NCBI GenBank assembly: GCA_947591785.1
Contig: CANQDK010000008.1
Span: forward strand, 8,619-72,618
Direction: 5' to 3'
From: an uncultured Clostridia bacterium
GTDB lineage: Bacteria; Bacillota; Clostridia; Christensenellales; UBA1242
DNA length: 64,000 nucleotides
This document shows, piece by piece, positions 1 through 10,630 of the stretch. Both the position numbers and the translations under genes were made by a program. The notes beneath the pieces are model-generated. The model saw nothing but the letters and a program-made list of their open reading frames with translations, did not search any database and was not told the DNA's origin. How positions within the stretch are numbered: the stretch's first letter is position 1; each line of letters opens with the position of its first letter.

Positions 1-578
1 TGCCTTGGAATCCTCAGTTGACACTTTCTAGTGTGCAAACTGAAAGTATAGATTTTGATGATAATGAACTGTTGCTTTCATGGGCAAATGTTGCACATGC
101 AACAGGTTATAATGTTAAGATTCAATCCTTTGATGCAACAACAAATGCTGTTGATTTTTTCACGCCAACAAACAGTCTCTCGCTTGTTGATAAAATTTCT
201 CAACTTGGGGTGGGAAGATTTAAAGCTTATATTTTTGCAAATTCAACTGATGTGAATTATTTGCCATCTTGTGCAAGTGAAGAAAAAGAAATTATCTTGA
301 AAGCAAAAAATAACATAATTTCAATCAATAGACTTCCTGATATTAAAGGTATTGAAATTGAATGTTCATTAAATCCAAAAGAATTTCAAATTTGGAGTGG
401 AAATGAATTGAAGGCAACTTTAAAACCAAACGATGTTAAACAATTAGGCTCAACATATTTGATGACTTTTCTAGATGTTGATTTTGTTTTGAATGCTATT
501 GATGAACAAATTAAATTTATTTCTGTTGCTGAAGAATATATCCTTGAAAGTGAGCCTTTTGTTTTTAATATGCTTTAA
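1..578 (+). CDS. 3' end of a larger ORF that enters from upstream of the window; possibly an Fn3-like repeat of a secreted or surface protein
   Basis: The frame of the 18..578 ORF stays open back to base 3. The segment LLLSWANVAHATGYNVKIQ resembles an Fn3-type strand pattern. The TAA stop at 576-578 is followed by a hairpin terminator. Confidence 0.4.
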   Translation, partial: PWNPQLTLSSVQTESIDFDDNELLLSWANVAHATGYNVKIQSFDATTNAVDFFTPTNSLSLVDKISQLGVGRFKAYIFANSTDVNYLPSCASEEKEIILKAKNNIISINRLPDIKGIEIECSLNPKEFQIWSGNELKATLKPNDVKQLGSTYLMTFLDVDFVLNAIDEQIKFISVAEEYILESEPFVFNML

Positions 579-600
579 TAAAAAATTTTTTGAAATAAAA

Positions 601-630
601 AATAACTGATAAATTCAGTTATTTTATTTT
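601..630 (+). terminator. Rho-independent terminator
   Basis: Perfect 9-bp stem AATAACTGA/TCAGTTATT (601-609 / 615-623) with loop TAAAT, followed by a T-rich tract. Confidence 0.6.
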
Positions 631-1103
631 TATTTATTGGAAAAGTAATTTTTTTATTTTTTTTGTCCTTGATTTTATTTTTAATTCTATTTTATTTTTT
701 TATAAATTTTATTAAAAAATAGTGTTTTTTTATAATTTTTTTGCATTTTTTTATTAAAAATAATATTTTTTATTATATTTTTTGTTTTTCATTTTTTAAT
801 TAATTCTAATTTTTAATTTATAATTAAAAAGAAATTACAACATCACAACCAAACATTAAATTGATTTTTATTGGGAGAGGGGCAATTTTTTATGTGATTA
901 AAATTAATTTATTAAAAATAAAATTAGTCAATCTATTTATAATTTTATGAGCAACATAATTTAAAATTTTCTTTTAATCAAAAATTTTTTAAGACATCTC
1001 TTTATAAAAATTTTATATCATAAAATTATTAAACAGAAATTTTTTGTTGTTTATTAATTTTAAAAGTTGTGATATGTGAAAAATTTTAATCATATTATTG
1101 AAT

Positions 1104-1832
1104 ATGAAGACAAAAATTTGGACAATCAATGGCAGAAGAATGATTTGTAATGTTGTTATTGTTTTGATGCTTGTAACAATTTCATGTATGGCGTTTTATG
1201 GTGTCAACTTTGTGACTTCTGCAAAAATGTATAATGGTGTTTATTATAGTGGCGATGAAAATTCAAATAAAATAAGTTTGATGATTAATGTCTATTGGGG
1301 GACAGAATTTATTGATGAAATGCTTAATATTTTATCTCAAAATGATGTTAAAACAACTTTTTTTGTTGGGGGAACTTGGGCTGTTCGTGAAAGTGAAATG
1401 TTGAAAAAAATCCATGATTGTGGACATGAAATTGGAAATCATGGTTATTACCATAAGAATCAAGGGAAACTTTCTGCTGAAAAAAATAATGAGGAAATCC
1501 TTAACACTCACAATCTTGTCAAAGAACTGATTGGAGTTGAAATGAATCTCTTTGCTCCACCAAGTGGAAGCTATAACAAAAAAACTGTTGAGGTTGCAAA
1601 TGAACTTGGATATAAAACTATTATGTGGACAGAGGGGCGTGACACTATTGATTGGAGAGATCATGACAGCAATGTGATTTATGAACGTGCAATAAAAAAT
1701 TGTAAGGGTGGTGATTTTGTGCTTATGCATCCAACTGAAGCAACTATGAATGCTCTTGACAAAATTATAAAAACCTTAAAAAGTAAAGGATTTGAACTTT
1801 GCCCTGTGAGTGAAAATTTAAATGGCTTTTGA
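1104..1832 (+). CDS. Polysaccharide deacetylase (NodB homology domain, PdaB-like)
   Basis: N-terminal TM segment. NodB-type motifs are TFFVGGTW, HEIGNHGYYH and LFAPPSG. ATG at 1104; the ORF track starts at the TTG at 1098. Confidence 0.8.
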   Translation: MKTKIWTINGRRMICNVVIVLMLVTISCMAFYGVNFVTSAKMYNGVYYSGDENSNKISLMINVYWGTEFIDEMLNILSQNDVKTTFFVGGTWAVRESEMLKKIHDCGHEIGNHGYYHKNQGKLSAEKNNEEILNTHNLVKELIGVEMNLFAPPSGSYNKKTVEVANELGYKTIMWTEGRDTIDWRDHDSNVIYERAIKNCKGGDFVLMHPTEATMNALDKIIKTLKSKGFELCPVSENLNGF

Positions 1833-1989
1833 TTTTGTTTGTTGAATTTTTTGCTGAAATTCTAAATTACAGAACGAATTAATAATATGACAAAAAAAGG
1901 TGATTTTTTGCGTAAATCTTTTTTGAATTTATTTTTAAAAGTGCTATACTTATCTTGTAAAATTATGTCAGCAAATTCTTGGGGGTTGT

Positions 1990-4900
1990 ATGGCAGTTTA
2001 TAAACTAAACTCAAAAAAGAAATCTAAATCACAGAAAAATGTAAAGAAAATTGTTGGTTTCACCTTTATGATTGTGGCTTCTTTGTTGTTTTTCTGTCTT
2101 GTTGGAATTTCTGCTCCGCTTCAAACATTTTCTATGGGTGTCTTTGGAATTTTTGGCTTCCCGCTTTGTGTTGTTTTGTTTGTTGTTGGACTTGCCTTAG
2201 TGAATAATCGAAGATATGTTATGCCTCTTCGTTACACAATCTGCCTCTTCCTCGCAGTTTTCTTTTTGCTGTGCATTATCCAATTGATTTGCGTTGGTGG
2301 AAGCACTCTTGCTGGTGGTGGAAAAATCTCTTTTGGGGACTATCTTGCAAAAAATTATCTTCAAAAGGTGACTGCTGGCGGTATTGTTATTGGTTTGTTT
2401 ACAACAATCTTCCTTTATGCAACAACCATTTGGGGAGCATATATTATTTCAATCCTTGGATTTGTTATCAGTGTTGCACTTATGATTGACAGCCTTAATT
2501 TCTTGAAAAAAGAAAAAAATGAAAAAGAGCCAGTTAGTGTGCAAATTAGAGATGAAAAGAAAGAGCTTTCACAAAAAACTTTCCAACAAAAACAAATTGA
2601 AAATCAAACAAGCACTATAGGAATGGCACAGAAAAATCAACAACAAGAAATTCCAAATGTTGTGCTTGGAGGAAATTTGCAAGAAGAAAAAGAGAAGGAA
2701 ATTTTGCAAAGGAAAACTCAAGAAGAAAAGAAACCTTTGACTGCAAGACAAATTTTAGGACTTGATAAAAAACGAAATTATGCTTACGAATTTGATAGTG
2801 AGAAGCAAGAAAGTTTGAAACAACAAAGTCTTGAACGTCAAAATGTTGTTAGTGAAACCAAAAACGAACCTACAAAACCAAAGAGTTTGAAAGAAATCAT
2901 TTTAACTCCGCCACAAGTGGATTTAGATGAATATTTCAAAGATGTTAAAAAAGAATCTAATGTTCCAAGTAAAAGTGAAGTTGAGAAAAATTTGGAATCA
3001 TTGAAGAATGATGAAAATTCTCCTTCTGAAATCTTTCATGAGGACGAATTTAAAGTTGAAACATCGCCATTTATTCGTCGCAGTCTTCCAGAAGAAAAAC
3101 CTAATGAGCTTGTTGCTCGTGCTGATGATATTCTTCGCAGTGCAATAGAAGAAGAAAAACAAGAAAATCCTGATATTTTTGAAAATCTTGAAAATGACAA
3201 GGAGTCTTTCTCTCCACTTGACAATCTTCCAGAAAGAGATAATAGCGGAAGTTTTTCTAGAAATACAAATTTTGAAAATGATGATGAAACTGATGATTTC
3301 TCAATTAATTCAAATGACGATTCGTCATCAAATGTTTTGAATACTGATAATGACAATGAAAAAATTGTAAACAACTTTGACAGAAGAACAGAAAGTTTTT
3401 CAAGGGATAGAAATTTTGATTCAATGAATAGAAATTCTTTTGAAAACAACAGGAATTTTTCTAGAGATAGAGATGCATTTAATCAAAGTTTGAGAGAAAG
3501 AGAAGAAAGAACTTTATCACAAGAAGATAAAGACGCAAGAGGGCAATTCCGTAATGAATTTGATAAGATGAATATAAGAAATGGTTCTCTTGCACGAGAA
3601 GTAGAGCCTATTCCTGAGGAACAGGAAGAAATCAATGAACCTTATGTTTATGAAAAACCTTCGCTTGACCTTATTACAACTCAAAGTGTTGACCTTTCAA
3701 CATTAAATGAAGATGTTGCTGAAAAAAGAGTTATGCTTGAAAACACTTTGGAAACATTTGGTGTTCCTGCAAAAGTGCAGGGGGTTGTTGTTGGCCCAGC
3801 AGTGACAAGATATGAACTTGAAATGCCACAAGGAATTTCTGTTCAAAAGATTAAAAGTCGTGCAGATGATATTGCACTTTCTCTTGCTGCAGAAGGAACA
3901 ATTCGTATTGAAGCACCTATTCCTGGAAAAAGTGTTGTCGGAATTGAAGTTCCAAACTCATCAATTGCAACAATAAGTCTTAAAGATGTGCTTGCTTCAC
4001 GAGAATTTCAACAAGCATCTTCACCTTTGACATTTGCTCTTGGAAAAGACATTACTGGAAAAACAATTTGTGCAGATATGAGAAAATTGACTCACCTTCT
4101 TGTTGCTGGAAGCACGGGTTCTGGAAAAAGTGTGTGCTTAAATTCAATAATCTTATCAATAATTTACAAAGCTTCTCCTGAAGAAGTTAAAATCATTTTG
4201 ATTGACCCAAAACGCGTTGAGTTTGCTTCCTATGAAGGTTTGCCACACCTTATTATGCCTCAAATTGTTTGTGACACCCAGAAGGCAATTCATACATTGG
4301 ATTGGGCAGTGAATGAAATGGAACGAAGATTTGAAGTTTTGCGTGTTGCAAGAGTTCGTGAAATAAGTGAATTTAATCAAAGTCCTGATGTTGTTTCTGG
4401 AAAAATAAAGAAAATGCCTTATCTTGTCATTATTGTCGATGAACTTGCTGACCTTATGATGACAGGAAAGAAAGAGGTGGAAGAAAAAGTTTGCCGACTT
4501 GCTCAAAAAGCGAGAGCTGCAGGAATTCATCTTATTCTTGCAACTCAAAGGCCATCGGTTGATGTTATTACTGGGCTTATTAAGTCAAACTTCCCTTCAA
4601 GAATTTCGTTTGCTGTTACAAGTGCAGTTGACAGCATGACAATATTGGATAGGGTTGGTGCAGAGAAATTGCTTGGAAAAGGGGATATGTTCTATTTTCC
4701 AAATGGTGCTAAAGACCCATTTCGTGTGCAGGGTTGTTTCTTGACAACTAATGAGATAAATAATATTGTTGATTTTTGTAGAGATAATAACAAACCTATT
4801 TTTGACCCAGAAATTGAAAAGCAAATTAATAATCCAAATAAGGGCAATGGAAATGGACCTGGTTACAACAATGAAATGGATGAACTTCTGCCACAAGCTT

Positions 4901-5097
4901 TGAAAGTGTCGATTGATTGCGGACAAGCTTCTGCCACTATGTTGAGAAGAAGATTTTCAATAGGCTACCCTCGTGCTGGAAAGATTATTGACCAAATGGA
5001 AGCAGCAGGATATATATCTTGTGCAGATGGACCAAAGGGGAGAACTGTGTATATAACTAAAGAAGAGTTTGAACAACTTTTTGGAGATATTGATTGA
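1990..5097 (+). CDS. ftsK: DNA translocase FtsK/SpoIIIE
   Basis: N-terminal TM helices and a long low-complexity acidic/Asn linker. Walker A GSTGSGKS and Walker B IIVDELADLM. C-terminal winged-helix gamma domain (RRRFSIGYPRAGKIIDQME). GGGGG SD upstream. Confidence 0.95.
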   Translation: MAVYKLNSKKKSKSQKNVKKIVGFTFMIVASLLFFCLVGISAPLQTFSMGVFGIFGFPLCVVLFVVGLALVNNRRYVMPLRYTICLFLAVFFLLCIIQLICVGGSTLAGGGKISFGDYLAKNYLQKVTAGGIVIGLFTTIFLYATTIWGAYIISILGFVISVALMIDSLNFLKKEKNEKEPVSVQIRDEKKELSQKTFQQKQIENQTSTIGMAQKNQQQEIPNVVLGGNLQEEKEKEILQRKTQEEKKPLTARQILGLDKKRNYAYEFDSEKQESLKQQSLERQNVVSETKNEPTKPKSLKEIILTPPQVDLDEYFKDVKKESNVPSKSEVEKNLESLKNDENSPSEIFHEDEFKVETSPFIRRSLPEEKPNELVARADDILRSAIEEEKQENPDIFENLENDKESFSPLDNLPERDNSGSFSRNTNFENDDETDDFSINSNDDSSSNVLNTDNDNEKIVNNFDRRTESFSRDRNFDSMNRNSFENNRNFSRDRDAFNQSLREREERTLSQEDKDARGQFRNEFDKMNIRNGSLAREVEPIPEEQEEINEPYVYEKPSLDLITTQSVDLSTLNEDVAEKRVMLENTLETFGVPAKVQGVVVGPAVTRYELEMPQGISVQKIKSRADDIALSLAAEGTIRIEAPIPGKSVVGIEVPNSSIATISLKDVLASREFQQASSPLTFALGKDITGKTICADMRKLTHLLVAGSTGSGKSVCLNSIILSIIYKASPEEVKIILIDPKRVEFASYEGLPHLIMPQIVCDTQKAIHTLDWAVNEMERRFEVLRVARVREISEFNQSPDVVSGKIKKMPYLVIIVDELADLMMTGKKEVEEKVCRLAQKARAAGIHLILATQRPSVDVITGLIKSNFPSRISFAVTSAVDSMTILDRVGAEKLLGKGDMFYFPNGAKDPFRVQGCFLTTNEINNIVDFCRDNNKPIFDPEIEKQINNPNKGNGNGPGYNNEMDELLPQALKVSIDCGQASATMLRRRFSIGYPRAGKIIDQMEAAGYISCADGPKGRTVYITKEEFEQLFGDID

Positions 5098-5174
5098 TGA
5101 AATTGTTTTTTTAAATCTCTTATATAATAATTAAAAACAGCAACAGATTATAAAATTTGTGAGGAACTTGAACT

Positions 5175-6494
5175 ATGGATGAAAAATTGATGAACAAAAA
5201 AATTAGTGCGATAAGTCTTGGTTGCGACAAAAATAGGGTTGATTTAGAAAGAATGCTGTATCGTCTTGCTGACTATGGTTTTGAAATTGTTGATGAGCCT
5301 TTGGAGGCAAATATTGTTATAGTGAACACTTGTGCATTCATTACGCCAGCAAAAGAAGAGGCTTTGAAAAACATATTTGATATGTGTCTTCTTAAAAGTA
5401 AGGGCAAAATTGAAAAAGTCCTTGTCAGTGGTTGTTTGGCTCAGAGACATAAAACAGAGTTGGTTAAGGAAATTCCAGAAGTTGATTGTTTTTTGACAGC
5501 ACAGGATAATGAAAAAATTTGTGAAATTATTGAAAAACTTTATGATGTTGTTCCAAGCAAACCGAAAGAAAAACTTGGGCGAATACTGACAAATCGTGGG
5601 AATTATGCTTATTTAAAAATTGCCGATGGTTGCAGTAATGCTTGTTCTTATTGCACAATTCCAAGAATTAAAGGAAAATACACAAGTTTTGAAATCGATG
5701 AAATTGTTGATGAAGCAAAATATCTTGCCAAAAAGGGTGTTAAAGAACTTGTTCTTGTTGCTCAAGATGTGACAAGATATGGAGAAGACTTGTATGGCGA
5801 AAACAAACTTATTGAACTTTGCAAAAAACTTTGTAAAATTGATGGAATTGAATGGATTCGTTTGCACTATGCATATCCAGAAAAAACTTCAGATAAACTT
5901 TTAGATTTTATCGCAGAAGAGAAAAAAATGTGCAAATATTTGGATATTCCTTTGCAGCATATTGATGACAGAATCTTGAAAAGCATGAGACGCCATTTAA
6001 ATGAAGAAAAAACTCGAGAACTTGTAGGAAAACTTAAGGAAAAATATCCGCAATTTTCATTAAGAACAACTTTTATTATTGGCTATCCAAGTGAAACAAA
6101 GAAAGATTTCAAAAAATTGTGTGAATTTTTGAAAGAAAGCCAGTTTGATTATGCAGGATTTTTCCCTTACTATCGTGAAGAAAACACTCCAAGTTATTTT
6201 ATGGAAGGGCAATTATCTGATTTCATAAAGAAAAAACGCTTGAAAAAAATTCAAAAAATTCAAAACAAAATTGCAACAGAACTTGCTGGTAAAAAAATTG
6301 GACAATCCTATAAGACTTTGATTGACTTTTTTGACGATAATAAGGGTGTTTTTGTTGGACATACCGAATTTCTTTCTCCAACAGTTGACTTTGGTGTTGA
6401 AATTGTTGATAATGGAAAAATAAAGACTGGTGAATTTGTAACTGTGAAATTCACCGATTTTGATGGACAGAATTTTAAAGGAGAATGTGTATGA
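5175..6494 (+). CDS. rimO: Ribosomal protein S12 methylthiotransferase RimO (MiaB-family radical SAM)
   Basis: N-terminal ISLGCDKNRVDLE and radical SAM motif CSNACSYC, with a C-terminal TRAM-like domain. The rimO-pgsA-cinA-recA order is conserved. Confidence 0.85.
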   Translation: MDEKLMNKKISAISLGCDKNRVDLERMLYRLADYGFEIVDEPLEANIVIVNTCAFITPAKEEALKNIFDMCLLKSKGKIEKVLVSGCLAQRHKTELVKEIPEVDCFLTAQDNEKICEIIEKLYDVVPSKPKEKLGRILTNRGNYAYLKIADGCSNACSYCTIPRIKGKYTSFEIDEIVDEAKYLAKKGVKELVLVAQDVTRYGEDLYGENKLIELCKKLCKIDGIEWIRLHYAYPEKTSDKLLDFIAEEKKMCKYLDIPLQHIDDRILKSMRRHLNEEKTRELVGKLKEKYPQFSLRTTFIIGYPSETKKDFKKLCEFLKESQFDYAGFFPYYREENTPSYFMEGQLSDFIKKKRLKKIQKIQNKIATELAGKKIGQSYKTLIDFFDDNKGVFVGHTEFLSPTVDFGVEIVDNGKIKTGEFVTVKFTDFDGQNFKGECV

Positions 6495-7135
6495 ATTTAC
6501 CAAATAAAATCACAATTTGCAGAATACTGCTTATTCCAATCTTCATTTTTTTCTACCTTGCATCTTTCATTCCTTATGGAAAATTGATTGCAGTATTGAT
6601 TTTTTGTATAGCAAGTTTCACAGATTATCTCGATGGTAATATTGCTAGAAAAAGAAATCTTGTCACAAATTTAGGGAAATTCCTTGATCCTATTGCTGAC
6701 AAAATGCTTGTTATGAGTGGGCTTTTGCTCTTAGTTTCTGTTCCTATTATTCCAAGTGGTGGGCAGTTGCTTGAACCTGCAATCTGGCCATCTTATGTTG
6801 GGGTTATTGCCACAGTAATTATTTTGGGTAGAGAATTCATAATCTCTGCTTTCCGTATGATTGCGGCATCAAAAAATGTTGTTGTTGCAGCCGACATTTA
6901 TGGAAAAATTAAAACAGTTTTTCAACTTATAACTTTAATTTATTATTTTGTCTATGTCTTTATTGTGGAGGAATTTTATTCTGCAATTGCACCACAGGCA
7001 GAAGGGGTGTTTAGTGCAAATATGGTTCTTTGCTTGATTGGATATATTCTTTTGGCTATAACGGTTGTTTTGACAATTGTGTCTGGAATAAAATATATAA
7101 CAAACAATAAGCAGGTGTTAAAAGATGAAAAATAA
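6491..7135 (+). CDS. pgsA: CDP-diacylglycerol--glycerol-3-phosphate 3-phosphatidyltransferase
   Basis: CDP-alcohol phosphatidyltransferase motif DYLDGNIARKRNLVTNLGKFLDPIADK. ATG 6491 lies 7-8 nt after the AAAGGAGA SD; the ORF-track start at 6485 abuts the SD. Confidence 0.9.
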   Translation: MNLPNKITICRILLIPIFIFFYLASFIPYGKLIAVLIFCIASFTDYLDGNIARKRNLVTNLGKFLDPIADKMLVMSGLLLLVSVPIIPSGGQLLEPAIWPSYVGVIATVIILGREFIISAFRMIAASKNVVVAADIYGKIKTVFQLITLIYYFVYVFIVEEFYSAIAPQAEGVFSANMVLCLIGYILLAITVVLTIVSGIKYITNNKQVLKDEK

Positions 7136-8066
7136 TAAAGTCATAATTTGGGAAGAAAATGAAACTTTTCCAATAGAAAAACTCGAAAGTTTTTTGTTTT
7201 CTTTGGGATTTTTTGATTTTTCTTTCCATATATGTCAAAATTTTGAACAATGCAAACAGGAATGTTTGGATAATTTTGACACAGCAGTTGTGATTTGTGA
7301 TAATTCAAAACTTGACAATCTTCTTGAAAATATCAAAGAAGATGGTGATGTTTTAAATTTGTTGTTTGAACAGTCCGTAACCGTTTCTCGTGGTGAAAAA
7401 AGAATGCTCTTAATTCCGCTTCAACTCCCTTATGAAAAATTTTTAAAGGAATTTTTGGGCGAGTCAGACATACACATTTACAGTGTCTTTGGAAAGACAG
7501 TAACTCAAATTAAAAGCATCTTTGATTCGATTAGATGTGATTATAAAATAATAACTAAAACTCCAATATTACATACAATTTATTGCTTTACAGCTGTAAA
7601 TGAAGAACTTGTCAAAAGTGCTATTGGTGATTTTCTTTATTCGTTTAAAGATGAATCTTTGACAAATGCTTGCGTAAGAAAACTGCGTGAAAAATCAATG
7701 TCTATTTCAGTTGTTGAACAAGCCACTTGCGGACTTGTGTGTGGAAGTGTTTTAGGAAAGGTTAAAGAAGCATACATTTTAACCGATGAGAATGATTTTT
7801 TAAAATTTGATATAACAGAAGAACTTTTAAGAGAAAAAGGTTTTGCAAGCAAGGAACTCTCTTTTGAATTGACAAAAAACTTGTTAAAAAAATCTCAAAC
7901 AGATTTGGCTATATCTGTTTTGGGAGAGAAAGGACGATTTTTTGTTTCTATTGGAGATTCTCAAAATATATATGTCTTTTCAACATCTTTTGAAGGTGAT
8001 AAAAAACAAGTCCTTGATAATGTTGTTGATTTCACTCTGTTTAGGCTTTTAAAAATTTTGAATTGA
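7125..8066 (+). CDS. Highly divergent CinA-like protein (only the C-terminal CinA/PncC-type domain is recognisable)
   Basis: It occupies the syntenic position between pgsA and recA. ISVVEQATCGLVCGSVLG aligns with the AESCTGG region of CinA_C. The N-terminal ~170 aa do not resemble the MoCF-type CinA N-domain. Confidence 0.5.
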   Translation: MKNNKVIIWEENETFPIEKLESFLFSLGFFDFSFHICQNFEQCKQECLDNFDTAVVICDNSKLDNLLENIKEDGDVLNLLFEQSVTVSRGEKRMLLIPLQLPYEKFLKEFLGESDIHIYSVFGKTVTQIKSIFDSIRCDYKIITKTPILHTIYCFTAVNEELVKSAIGDFLYSFKDESLTNACVRKLREKSMSISVVEQATCGLVCGSVLGKVKEAYILTDENDFLKFDITEELLREKGFASKELSFELTKNLLKKSQTDLAISVLGEKGRFFVSIGDSQNIYVFSTSFEGDKKQVLDNVVDFTLFRLLKILN

Positions 8067-8083
8067 TGTTTGTTTTTATTATA

Positions 8084-8109
8084 GGCAGAAGAAAACTTCT
8101 GCTTTTTTA
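8084..8109 (+). terminator. Rho-independent terminator
   Basis: Stem GCAGAAG/CTTCTGC (8085-8091 / 8096-8102), loop AAAA, then TTTTTT. Confidence 0.65.
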
Positions 8110-8251
8110 TTAGTTTTAGCATTTGTTTGTTATATTAATTTGGGCGTTTAATATGTTCAAATTATCTATTTTAATTATATTTACAATTTTTGTTTTGAAA
8201 ATCTTAACTTTCTTGTTATAATATTATTAAATTAAAATTGAGGAGTTTGAA

Positions 8252-9286
8252 ATGGCAGAAAAAGATAAAAAAGACCCTCGTGTTGAGGCTCTTGAACAAG
8301 CACTTTTAAAAATTGAGAAAGATTATGGTAAGGGTGCAATAATGAAATTGGGCGACCAACCATATCAAAAAGTTGAAGTTATTTCAACTGGTTGTTTGAC
8401 TCTTGACCTTGCTCTTGGAATTGGCGGTGTTCCACGTGGGAGAATTGTTGAAATTTATGGACCAGAAAGTTCAGGAAAGACAACTGTTTCTTTGCATATT
8501 ATTGCTGAGGCACAGAAAAATAATGGACGTGCTGCGTTTATTGATGCAGAGCATGCTCTTGACCCTTCCTATGCAGAAAAACTTGGTGTGGACACAAAGG
8601 CACTTTATGTTTCACAACCAGACAATGGAGAACAAGCTCTTAATATTTGTGACACTCTCATTCGCTCGGGAGCTTTTGATGTTATTGTTGTTGACTCAGT
8701 TGCTGCACTCACTCCAAAGGCAGAAATCGATGGCGAAATGGGAGATAATCATGTTGGTTTGCAGGCTAGAATGATGAGTCAGGCACTTCGTAAAATGACA
8801 TCTGTTTCTTCAAAGAGCAACACTGCAGTGATTTTTATTAATCAACTTCGTGAAAAAATTGGTGTTATGTTTGGAAATCCTGAAACAACAACTGGCGGGA
8901 AAGCCTTAAAGTTTTATGCAAGTATTCGTTTGGATGTTCGAAAAACTGACAGCATTAAAGAGGGGCAAAATGTTATAGGAAATCGAACAAAAGTTAAAGT
9001 TGTAAAAAATAAAATGGCTCCACCTTTCAAAGTTGCAGAATTTGATATTATGTATGGACAAGGAATTTCTCGTTCAGGATGTGTGCTTGATATGGCTCTT
9101 CAACTTGGGCTTATCAAGAAAAGCGGAGCATGGTTTTCATATAATGATGAGAAAGTTGGACAGGGGAAAGAAAACACAAAACTATTTCTTGAAAAAAATC
9201 CAGCTATTATGGATGAACTTGAAGCAAAAATTCGCGAACAATTTGTTGGTGGAGATGTTTCTGTTTCAACTGATGATGAAGAATAA
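8252..9286 (+). CDS. recA: Recombinase RecA
   Basis: Full-length match to the RecA pattern, including Walker [19 protein letters not shown], and the L1/L2 regions. GAGGAG SD. Confidence 0.98.
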   Translation: MAEKDKKDPRVEALEQALLKIEKDYGKGAIMKLGDQPYQKVEVISTGCLTLDLALGIGGVPRGRIVEIYGPESSGKTTVSLHIIAEAQKNNGRAAFIDAEHALDPSYAEKLGVDTKALYVSQPDNGEQALNICDTLIRSGAFDVIVVDSVAALTPKAEIDGEMGDNHVGLQARMMSQALRKMTSVSSKSNTAVIFINQLREKIGVMFGNPETTTGGKALKFYASIRLDVRKTDSIKEGQNVIGNRTKVKVVKNKMAPPFKVAEFDIMYGQGISRSGCVLDMALQLGLIKKSGAWFSYNDEKVGQGKENTKLFLEKNPAIMDELEAKIREQFVGGDVSVSTDDEE

Positions 9287-9350
9287 TTTTTAAATTTGAT
9301 TTAATAAATTTGGTTATTATTTAAAAATAATCATTTTTCACAAAAAAATA

Positions 9351-9380
9351 AAAAATCACGAAAAAATCGTGATTTTTTAT
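9351..9380 (+). terminator. Rho-independent terminator
   Basis: AAAAATCACG / CGTGATTTTT inverted repeat followed by a T-run. Confidence 0.6.
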
Positions 9381-9595
9381 TAAAAAACTGTATTTTTTTT
9401 GTAATTTTTATAATTTTTTATTTATATTTTTTATATTTTAATAATTTTATATTTATTTTTATTAATTATTTTTTTAATATTTTTTAACAATATTACATTA
9501 TATTTCATTTCTTTTGTTTTAATTAAAAATATTTGTTGTTTATTTTTAACTTTACAATTCAAAATTGTTTTTAATTACAGTTTTTTTTTAATTAA

Positions 9596-10630
9596 TTAAA
9601 CTGCTTTTTCAGCATTTAATTTTTCAGCTATTGTGTTATCGACAATTGTTGCCCAATCAGCTGCTTTTGTGATTGTGTTATTGAAAAGCAAAATGTCCAT
9701 TAAATTTTGGAATGTTTCTTCTTCCAAAATCATATCTTCTGACCAAGCGTTGATGCTTCGATAACTTTCAATTGATGCTTCAAGTTCGTCAATAGTTGTT
9801 CCGTCAAAAGATTTTTTGATTGCTTCAGCAACAACTCTTGATGTATTTTTTGAAATAAAATCATAGCCTTTCAATACTGCTTTTATAAATTTTTCAGCAA
9901 CATCTCCGTGTTTTTCAAGATATGATTTTCTTGCTGCAAAACAGGTGTATGGCACTTCTTTTTCAAGAAGTTTTCCAAGACTTGCAACGATTGAATAGTT
10001 TGAATTTGCTTTCTTTGTGATTGTTGCTGTTGGTTCAAACAACGCACAAAAATCTATTGTTTTATCAGCCATCCAAACTTCAGCTGTGCTATTGAAATTG
10101 ATATCAGAACGGATTTGAACTTTTCCAGCTTCTTTAGTTTTGCTTATTTCAATATTGTTTTTGTCTAAAATGTAGTTGAGAGTCATTGCAGGCATTCCAC
10201 CTGGACGTCCACCAATAATTGATTTTCCTTTTAAGTCTTCTAATGTGAAATTTGTGATATTCTCTTTTGAAATAATGAATGAACCATCGCAAGTTGTCAA
10301 CTGTCCAAATACAACAGGAGCATCTGCAATATGCTGAGTATATACAGAAGTTTCAGGGCCTGCGAGAATTATATCTGCAGAACCAGATACAAGTGCGTTC
10401 ATTGAAACATCAGAGCCACCACCATTTGTTAAGTCTATTTTTAAGCCCTCATTTTTAAAATAGCCATTATTTATTGCAACATAAAGCGGTGCATAGAATA
10501 TGCTGTGTGTAACTTCATTTAATCGTATTTCATTCCAATCCTTCTCTCCACAACCAACTGCAAGGAACGCTGTTGAGCATAGCATTAATATTGCAATACA
10601 GAAAATAGCAAGTTTTTTCCAGATTTTCAT
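9596..10630 (-). CDS. ABC transporter substrate-binding lipoprotein (NMT1/THI5-like, NitT/TauT family); orphan, with no permease or ATPase adjacent
   Basis: Signal peptide with lipobox LAVGC. THSIFYAPLYVAINNGYFKNEGL is typical of NMT1-like binding proteins. AAGGAGG SD. Confidence 0.75.
   Translation of the reverse strand: MKIWKKLAIFCIAILMLCSTAFLAVGCGEKDWNEIRLNEVTHSIFYAPLYVAINNGYFKNEGLKIDLTNGGGSDVSMNALVSGSADIILAGPETSVYTQHIADAPVVFGQLTTCDGSFIISKENITNFTLEDLKGKSIIGGRPGGMPAMTLNYILDKNNIEISKTKEAGKVQIRSDINFNSTAEVWMADKTIDFCALFEPTATITKKANSNYSIVASLGKLLEKEVPYTCFAARKSYLEKHGDVAEKFIKAVLKGYDFISKNTSRVVAEAIKKSFDGTTIDELEASIESYRSINAWSEDMILEEETFQNLMDILLFNNTITKAADWATIVDNTIAEKLNAEKAV

Noticed and set aside
8110-8251. 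LexA (Cheo-type) SOS box in front of recA.
   Set aside because: The best candidate, CGTTTAATATGTTC (~8144-8157), has only one good half-site (GTTC). The other half does not match GAAC/AAAC at the required 4-nt spacing. That is not enough to call an operator.
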